Positions 12,098 to 20,000 of a stretch of 20,000 nucleotides of DNA are shown piece after piece. The stretch's first letter is position 1; each line of letters begins with the position of its first letter. This DNA comes from Catajapyx aquilonaris (Eukaryota): positions 47,982 to 67,981 of the forward strand of contig KZ538475.1 in assembly GCA_000934665.2 (NCBI GenBank), read 5' to 3'. The notes under the pieces are model-generated. The model was not told the origin of the DNA and made no database searches. It saw only the letters and a list, made by a program, of their open reading frames with translations. Position numbers and translations under genes: made by a program.

Positions 12098-15000
12098 ATA
12101 TCGTGCATGATTAATGTGAATATATATTTTACGAAACAGCTATTTTAGATAGCTGATGGCTGGTGTTTCAAGCCATTTGGGTCATCATCCTGCTCTTATG
12201 GTCAAGGTGTCGGTGAAGTGAGAAAGCTGATTTTCCTAATGGACGCCGGTGCATAAAGGTGTTGCCGGTGCTTTTAGGCCCGTTGTGTGTGTATACCCCC
12301 CCGACGGTTTTTGGGGGGAGTGATGGTATCTCGACCCTATAAACCGCTATCGGTTATTTGGGTATATAGAGAAGAAGGTGCATGGCGTATGCAGTCATTT
12401 CCTGCTGCCATGTTTTCCGGATGTATAATCACGTGAGAGAAGGGCTCGGATGAGTTACATTCGCTGAGGTTTCGACATCGCTGCTGGCCGTAATTTACCT
12501 GGGGAAATTATTATCGAAATGGCCGCTCGTTGCGTAAATCTCCGAGGCTATAGCCTGCATGGATGAAAGGCCAACTCTCCAAGCAGGCAGATAAAAATTC
12601 TCAAAGTCCCGCCGTAAATCAAAATCATAACGACGAGACATGAGAAAATATACTGTTGCATATCCAGGAAAGGGGCGTACGTATCAAGTTTTGTGTTGCA
12701 TTCTTCGTGATTTAGGTGGTAAAACTTCAGCAGACTGATTCTGCGGAAACTTTTCAATTTCCAGGGCGTTTTCCTGCTGGCTCTAAAATGAAATTTATCA
12801 ACGTAACTCAGCAAAGGTGTGTGCCCAAAAGGACAAGAGTGATGGTCCACAACTGGGTGGGTTCCGTCTACAATCCGCACTTAGGCGCCGTTCAGCCAAA
12901 TATCTCCGATAGTGGTTATCTTGTGGAGTGAGAGCATTCAGGCTCATTGGTACTGCCCACATTTCCAGAACAGGAAGGTCAAAGGACCGCCGCCATAAAA
13001 TGGAACATAATGCTCTTTTTTTTCTTTCCATCTCCTCCCTCTGTATATTACTTGGTTTTATTTGGACTACACCCTGTCATAAGACATGCATTCTGAGCCG
13101 AGTTATTACGACGCTTTCAGATTATGAAGACAGGCGATTTCGATCAGCCCTTGTGATTTAGGCAAGGCTTGTGTGTATAATAAGTCCGAGATTTTGGGTG
13201 AGTCTTATCTCCCATTTTTCGGCCATCTGGAAACTAGCTATATAGAGTTCGGACCCTCACGTAGAGATTACCAAATGCAAGCCTGCTGCCACTTAATGGC
13301 GACGATGAAAGATTATTTCTAGCTGATGAGCTCTGCACAGCTCCAGTTTAGAGCCAAGTTTACTCTAGCTCCGGAGTAATAAAAATTGTCATCAAAAATT
13401 CACTACTAAGCGCAGCTGCGTGTTTACTTTTAGCCTGGTTTCAGTGTAATTCAGGTTCGAGTCACACAACATATAAAATTACAGTAATTGGATATTTTTC
13501 CTGAATTTTATTTGGCAAAACAGGCAAATGCATCGAGACTGTCTCGTGAAAATATTTTCATGTGCTGATGGTATACATGTAAAACTTATTGTTGCTGTTC
13601 CGATTAATTTATGATAAGGCTTGGTGCCTTATCAGTTATCATACTTGTGCTGACTTCACCTTGTGCATTCCAAAAATATCGTGAGTGACAGAAGATTGAG
13701 AAAGAGGGCTCACATTTAACTATTATCGACCTTGACTTGTGACTCTTGCTTCATTGGATATCAGTAAATTTAGACTACATTGTACTGATGTTCCCTTTAT
13801 AGACGGAAACAAAGGTTGCGTACACTCTTGACACGTGATGGTGCGATGCACCTTTGGCTACTGCTCTGGAATAAATATTGTACCACATAGTGCAGTCTAA
13901 AATGAAACGCAATTGTTCCAAAATATATACGAACAGATCTGTCTAAAAATACACAATAGCACTTCCAATTGGAATTCTCAGCTGGCAAAACAGCATCACG
14001 CCATTAGGTTGGTTCAGAACAACACTGAACCCTATATGCCTATATCTGTGCAATAAGTTATCGTCTGAACCGAATCAGTTCATACCGGTCCTCTCTTTTG
14101 GATTTGTTTGTAATCGTAGGTAGAATTTGATTCAATTGTGACCCATGCTAGTTGCAGGTGTGGCGTACACATTTTCTGAAGTTACAATTGTTATTAATAT
14201 CAATCCTTCACAAATATTCTTCATAAATCGATACAAATCGAAAAGCCGGTCCCTATGAGGTGCTGCGAGTTACATTGGGGCTTATGGCACTTGCAACTAT
14301 ACCTCAGAGCCGTACACCATACACTTCATATGGCATAAGCACATTTTAACTGACAATACATGTTGCCTTGATTTCAACATCGACATGAGCATGTTTTTGT
14401 TTTGTTTTGGGAGGATGTACCTCCAACTAGAAGCCCGGTACAAAGATATGAGGATGTGAAGGTCCGGGTGAAGAACGGGGTTTAGGAAGGTGATAAGTGA
14501 GGGACTTTTCCACCCAAACAATATTAAAAAAGTCTGAAATATTTGACACCAGCTGGCAAAAAATATTTTAATTACGTCGAAGATTCAGCCCTAAAGCTAT
14601 AGTCAACCAGAGTGTAAAATAGTTGCCAAAATAATACTAGGACTAAAGTTTCAGTAACCCAGAACTGACATTGTGATTGGTAATGTATTTATAATTTCTT
14701 AACTTCAAACTTGAAATGGTTTCAGGCATACCAGGTGCGGGAATGTGTGTGCCTAAACATTTTCCCGGTTATTTTCAACATGTGCAACAATTAGCAAACA
14801 TTAATGCACGGCGCGATAGGTCACAAAATCAGTGCGGATTATCGTACGGCATTATCGTATACTCATGCAGCAGTACTTCTAAGTACCGGCACGGAAAATA
14901 CAGGCGGAAAAACTAAGGCAGTTTGACACTTTGTTATTGAAAATGCGCCACTTATAGGCCTGCAGCAACAGCATTTCAACACATTAATTCACACTAATTT

Positions 15001-15600
15001 GCATGCGTAGCCCAGCTCAAGCCTGACATTTTTGAGTCACAAAACAGTCAATTCATGACGCACCGACGGCCTACTCATACTATCATTTGTGCCCGATTAA
15101 ATTGGCTGCCCGATGTTAGGCCGGCAGATCGGTCATCCTTGTCCAACCCCAGCACGCAGCAATGGTCACCAGACACCGCGTCGCCTATGCAAAAACCGGC
15201 ACCCAAGCATTGAACCCACCCCCCGAAAAAAAAACAGAAGCTCTAACTCACCATACTTCCATCCATATCGCTGTCGTGCTGGTCCATGTTGTACACGGGC
15301 ACGGGTTCTCTGTTTTTGACCCGAATTTTGGCGATGTGTTTATGGTACCCCCGAGTGCAGACAACAACCAGACAACGAAGATAACAAAAAACGTGGCCGC
15401 AAACAAACTGTTCCCCCTCACCACCGAAAAATAAATACCGCGGTATATAAAAAAGCGCAACAATGCTTTTTTTTCTCTCTCTCAATGTAGTTGGCACCGT
15501 GTAGGTAGAATATACCGTGGGGAAGAGCGCGAGGACCGAACGTGCCTTCAGCGGATGAAGATAGGACTGAGTGAGTTGAATGGGTATGAAATGGTTCGAA

Positions 15601-15631
15601 GGGGTGGGGGGGTAGGGAGAGGGGGTGGGGG
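15601..15631 (+). other. putative G-quadruplex-forming sequence within a purine-rich tract
   Basis: GGGG-T-GGGGGGG-TA-GGG-AGA-GGGGG-T-GGGGG: five G-runs of 3 or more with 1-3 nt loops. Confidence 0.7.
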
Positions 15632-16297
15632 AGAGAGAAAATGGTTTTTCCCCAATCCCAGAAGGAGGGGACCCCAGAGAGAGAGAAGAAGAAGGCGGAT
15701 CGGACGCGGCTCGATTCCCCAGTCCAAAAGGCCCAATCGCGTCGGGCTAAAAAACTATTCCCGCCTCGCTCCAATCGCGCAACAAGCATCACGCATCGGG
15801 AGGGGAATGTCTGATGAAAAAGGTGGAGGGGAACAAAATGGAGGATGATGGTGATGCTGGGAGAGGGGTTAAAAAAGAGTGACGCCACGTGGGGGGGCAT
15901 GGCTCTCTCTACCATTTGCATAGGGGGAACAACAAGAGGAAGTTTGCACGGATTTTGTTGGGAGAGCAAACCTTAACGGCACATCATGGATCCGGTGTGT
16001 GCGTTTTTAGTGAATCCGGACATGGCCAGGGGGGGTCGGTCAAAGTTCAAAAGTTATGCTGATGTAGGTGGAAATTGCTTAAATAAGTGGAAAAGTGGTT
16101 TTAAGTGAATAAATCGAAACAGTCCCAGAATGCTCAATGGAATTCTCATTCAATATTTCAGGGTAAACTTCAGCATTTTTGTCCATTTCTTAATGTCATT
16201 TCCAGGCTACCCGGTTAAAAAGTAGGCTATTCCCCATTCATCCTAATGGAAGCAGCTATTTTTCATAACCCAGGAGAATAATTAATGCTTCTTAATA

Positions 16298-16664
16298 CAC
16301 TGTACTCCCGATTATCCGAGTTCGGATTGTCCGCGTTTCGGATTAACCGTGCATCGCCAAAACAAAGGAATAAATGAAAGTCCGAAAAAAATGCAATTTG
16401 CCAAGTAAAAAAAGAAATATTACGACACTTTTTCCAGAAGAACAATTAAAAATATGTTGTAGGCTATGTTTCATTTCTTTAATTATCATAAACCTCATTT
16501 AAAGCATCATAGATACAATCTCTACAGTAGTTCATTAAAAACCTCTGAACAGCTCACCTATAGTATAGTTATGGTATCTAGAACCATTTTCCGATCACCC
16601 AGTGTTTTCCGATTATCCGGCGACACCCGTGCAGTCATTAGCACGGATAATCGGGACTGCAGTG
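16298..16664. mobile_element. non-autonomous pogo/Tigger-like (Tc1/mariner superfamily) MITE, 367 bp
   Basis: Left TIR CACTGTACTCCCGATTATCCG (16298-16318) matches the reverse complement of 16644-16664, CACTGCAGTCCCGATTATCCG, at 19/21. TA flanks both sides (16296-97, 16665-66). Subterminal GATTATCCG-like copies occur (cggattgtccg, cggattaaccg, ccgattatccgg). The interior is AT-rich and non-coding. Confidence 0.8.
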
Positions 16665-17779
16665 TATTACGAGCTTGATTACGACCTTAGAGACACAAGG
16701 TAGCTGACCGTTATGGACAATATTAAGCTGAAATACAAACACAATTACAAAGTGGACGTTTATACATTATTTTGCAAAAGGCCATAATGCAAGAATATGT
16801 TGTAGAATTTTAGGCCTGAAGAGTTGGAAGGTTTTATTCGATGCTTGCGAATTTAGCTCACACCCTTGTATATTAAAGGGGGAAAAGATCTCGGTAACTC
16901 TCATTTTTACTGGCTCCTGCAGCAGTACAGACTACAAAATTAATGTGGCAGAGAATTGCATCGCTGGAAATATAATAAATGAATTTTCTTAATCTGGCAA
17001 TAACAGCGTGCCGAGGTGAGTTCACACTGAGAGAGATCGCCGACATTGCTTTTGCCGATTGTGAGCTAAACTTCGAAATATGCCTACTATTACGTGGCCG
17101 GTATTTCTATGCAAAGTGTTCCTATAAAATCCGGGAAGCAGCATCCGTAATTTACGCTTCTTGCCTCTTCCTAAGCTTGTAAGCAGCAGGCTGGTATTTA
17201 AACTAGTTCTGTTAAATGATGTCCGCAATACTTATGAGGGCAACACCATCACTTTAATACCGATTCGCACCAGTGTGTAGCCTGCAGATTTAATGATTTA
17301 ATGATTAGTGATTTCCGCTTCTGGAGAAATTTTATAGTTATTACTTTATTTCTGTTTCAGAAAGACATCATCCAAGCCTGTTCAACCTCCGATTCTTGGG
17401 GACAGTATAGAAGTGTTCATTTTATATTTCTCGTTATGTTTGGTGTAATGGAAAATGCATTAAAAAGCAATGTGGAAGTTTGTCCTTTGTTATTTTATTT
17501 GTTGCCAGAAGGGCATTTCCTTCACGGAAATGGCAACATCGTGATTAGCATTAATTTAAAATATAAGGAAATAATCAGTGGCGGTTGAATATATACTAAG
17601 GACGAACTTAATGGTTTTTTGTTTCTAATCCTGGGATTAGGCAACCACCAATTAAAATAATTTTTCATTCGTGAAAATCATTGAGTTGCCTTCATTTTAT
17701 CACGTTTTCTTCAAAACAAATCATATGTATAACAAACTATGTTCACAATTATTACATATAGTGGTTTGTAGCTCTAGGC

Positions 17780-17907
17780 AAGTGGTTCTTCACCTGGGGG
17801 TGCGAGCAAGGTGCACCTCTGGAGTTAGTCTAACTATATGAACTTAATCAATCGCGCCTGGTGCGACAGCTGTCTTCAAAGGGGTGCGGAGGCACGAAAA
17901 ACCGCTG
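17780..17907. mobile_element. non-autonomous hAT (Charlie/MER5-MER20-like) MITE, 128 bp
   Basis: Identical 8-bp direct repeat CTCTAGGC at 17772-17779 and 17908-17915, with central TA like the NTCTAGAN target preference of Charlie elements. Termini AAGTGGTTCTTC and revcomp CAGCGGTTTTTC match at 9/12 and resemble CAGTGGTTCTC ends. GGGGTGCG is repeated near both ends. Confidence 0.7.
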
Positions 17908-18099
17908 CTCTAGGCTAATGTGTATTAATTAAAATCGCAACTTTCAACACCATATAGCTTTGCAATTACACAATCACTAGCTGGATAAATGCTGTGAATC
18001 TACATGATTCACTTTCTTACGCCGATTCATGGATAGGTTTACTTTCTTCTGCAGGTATGAAGGCCCTTACGCTTGAAAGACATCAGTAGCAACAATGTC

Positions 18100-18117
18100 A
18101 CCTGATTCGAATCAGGT
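18100..18117. repeat. perfect 18-bp palindrome ACCTGATTCGAATCAGGT
   Basis: The sequence equals its own reverse complement. Confidence 0.9.
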
Positions 18118-19321
18118 AATGACGGGCGTCTCTTTGTGGCACCAGACACCTGCTGTATATCACTCGACAATCAGGCTTGCCAATCGCTATTGTCAGGCAG
18201 GAAGGTCTTCCACTATACAAGACAGCGCCTGGGAAAAAGCACTGACCTTGGATACACACCTCTCCTGTCCCACATTATAGCTAGCCCCTAGCCCTGGCAC
18301 AATGGCAATCGGGGCATTGTGAGAGAAAAAAGCCCCAAAAATATTGCATCCAGCACCTGGAGACTCATCACCAACAATGACTCGCACTGTAGGCCTATTC
18401 GAAGCGTTTCTGGCAACTCGGGCCATTTTGACTGCAAAATGCTGGACGTAATCCAACAGGAATAAAGCTCCATGCACTTTAAAAAACTGGCACCATCAAG
18501 TGCACGAAGACAAAATTTTGCTCCAAATTTCAAGTGAAATTATACACGCTGAATACCACCTGTTACCTTGCAAAATAAATAAATAAGTGTTACGATTCCT
18601 CCTGTACGTATATATACGCTGACGTATAAATGATGTTGTCTTCTATACATTTCGTTAAGAAACCTGCCAGCTTGGCCTGAAAGTGTGGTGAAAAACAGCA
18701 ATCTGAGAGTAAGCCTCACAGCATCAGGCATTTCACCCCCCTTTGCTCTAGGAGTCTAGGAGATGAGGGAGGTTTTGGGATAGGGTTCAGGAGAGCAGTA
18801 AATGATTTTACGGGCGAAAAAGGACGCGGTGCATTCCAGGAAGAACGCACAAAAAAACAGAAAAAAAACAGCTATACGCATTGCCATATGCGCATTTTAC
18901 CGAATCCTTAGTGTTATACAACGAGGTCTATATACGCCCACGCTGGGTAAGAAGCTCATGTCGCAATGACACTGACGTCACTGCAAGCTCCTTAAACACT
19001 CCACTTGTGTATGATCTGCGTACGAGGCATAGACGTTAATGTAGTGATCGTGCCGTGATGCTGATGAGATTTTCTGGGCTCAACATGCAAGAGTACCACA
19101 TTATCATGCAGTGCTTTTGAAGTTTTTAGAAACGATTTCTTATGGATTGGATTCTACAGGTTAACATTTACTCTCGGTACATATGGCCAGTTGCATCAAC
19201 ACAAAGGGAAAATCTCTCATTATATTCACAGTGCATAATAATCAAAGACTTTCTCCTTGCAATGAAACAACCACAGCCCTTGATGACGGAGTTTTTTTTC
19301 CCCCTTTTCCGGAAATTTTAT

Positions 19322-19611
19322 GACCTCGCCGATTTTCTTGAAATTCGGTGCATTGGTAGCCCACCCCAAGGGATGAAAAACGCACATATAGTTACCTGAT
19401 CAAAATGACCTCGTGACCCAATTTTGAGGGGGGCAGAGGTCAAATCATAAAATATCGACCTCACTGATTTTCTTGAGATTCGGTGCATTGGTACCCCACC
19501 CCAAGGGATGAAAAATGCACCTATAGTTACCTGATAAAAATGACCTCGTGACCCAATTCTAATGAGGGCAGAGGTCAAATTCCAACCTCACCGATTTTTT
19601 TGAAATTCGGG
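19322..19611 (+). repeat. 135-bp tandem repeat, left arm (2 units plus partial third)
   Basis: Units begin GACCTC(G/A)C(C/T)GATTTTCTTGA at 19322 and 19457. A variant start (AACCTCACCG) lies at 19584; unit 2 has lost 8 bp near its end. The shared core is CGGTGCATTGGTA..CCACCCCAAGGGATGAAAAA. Confidence 0.95.
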
Positions 19612-19735
19612 GGTTATACCAAGGTTATACACACTTACATTTTTTGCGTACACCGGTACACGTACTACCCGCCTTAGTGAATCACAAGGGAGACTTTGCA
19701 AGTGCCAGTCACAAATTTTCTTGAAACTCGGCGCA

Positions 19736-20000
19736 TTGACATAGGTCCCCTCCAATATGGGTCACAGGATCATGTCGAGCAGGGAACTATAGGTGGGTTT
19801 GTCATCCCTTGGTGTGGGCTACTATAATGCACCAAATTTGAAGATAATCGGCGAGGTCGGAATTTTATGATTTGACCTCTGCCCCACTCAAAATTGGGTC
19901 ACAGGGTCACTTTCATCAGGTCACTATAGGTGCGTTTTTCATCCCTTGGGGTGGGCTACCAATGGACCGAATTTGAAGAAAATCGGCGAGGTCGGAATTT
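19736..20000 (-). repeat. 135-bp tandem repeat, right arm in inverted orientation (runs to the window edge)
   Basis: Reverse-complement units start at 19993 and 19858 (period 135). The outer unit differs from unit 19322-19456 at about 11 of 135 positions by manual alignment. The inner unit (19736-19858) is more diverged. Confidence 0.95.

Noticed and set aside
13405..13470. tRNA or tRNA-derived SINE (B-box-like GGTTCGAGTC at 13454-13463)
   Set aside because: The T-stem, anticodon stem and acceptor stem do not pair, and the A box is poor.
11643..15458. Identical 15-mer TATATAAAAAAGCGC at 11643 and 15444 (also 14-mers at 9367/17583 and 5498/19422)
   Set aside because: Similarity does not extend, and a few low-complexity 14-15-mer matches are expected by chance in 20 kb.
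15243..15497. RING finger (CGHVFC) in minus-strand ORF ending at a GTGAGT donor
   Set aside because: It lacks the upstream and downstream CxxC pairs, the next Cys is mis-spaced, and there is no good acceptor.
16025..16255. Possible repeat relic left of the pogo MITE (GGTCAAAGTTCAAAAGTTAT ... CCATTCATCCTAATGG)
   Set aside because: It looks repeat-like, but no termini, TSD or second copy can be shown within the window.
18149..18329. Retroviral-type integrase core (PAVYHS/DNQ ... QSGHCERK)
   Set aside because: It needs multiple frameshifts, and the D-to-E distance is ~51 codons instead of the canonical 35.
19322..20000. CRISPR array or coding repeat (ORFs 19142-19399, 19318-19578)
   Set aside because: The units are contiguous 135-bp repeats with no unique spacers and no cas genes. 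The ORFs are incidental translations of a repeat whose length is a multiple of 3.

Overview
This window looks like non-coding animal genomic DNA (intergenic or intronic), not a prokaryotic locus. CpG appears undepleted by eye, which suggests an invertebrate. None of the supplied ORFs resembles a recognisable complete protein, and I see no operon structure, rRNA, tRNA or CRISPR array. The supportable features are mostly transposon-derived. (1) A 367-bp pogo/Tigger-type (Tc1/mariner superfamily) MITE with 21-bp TIRs and TA target duplication at 16298-16664. (2) A 128-bp hAT/Charlie-type MITE flanked by a perfect 8-bp duplication CTCTAGGC at 17780-17907. (3) A 135-bp tandem repeat arranged as two mirror-image arms, symmetric about ~19657 and running to the window end; the units carry DR2-type nuclear-receptor half-site pairs. 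Smaller features are a (CT)n microsatellite, two perfect 18-20 bp palindromes, a G-quadruplex motif, a probable decayed LINE endonuclease fragment and a few weak micro-exon candidates. I cannot support a new protein-coding system. The foldback array is the most unusual structure.
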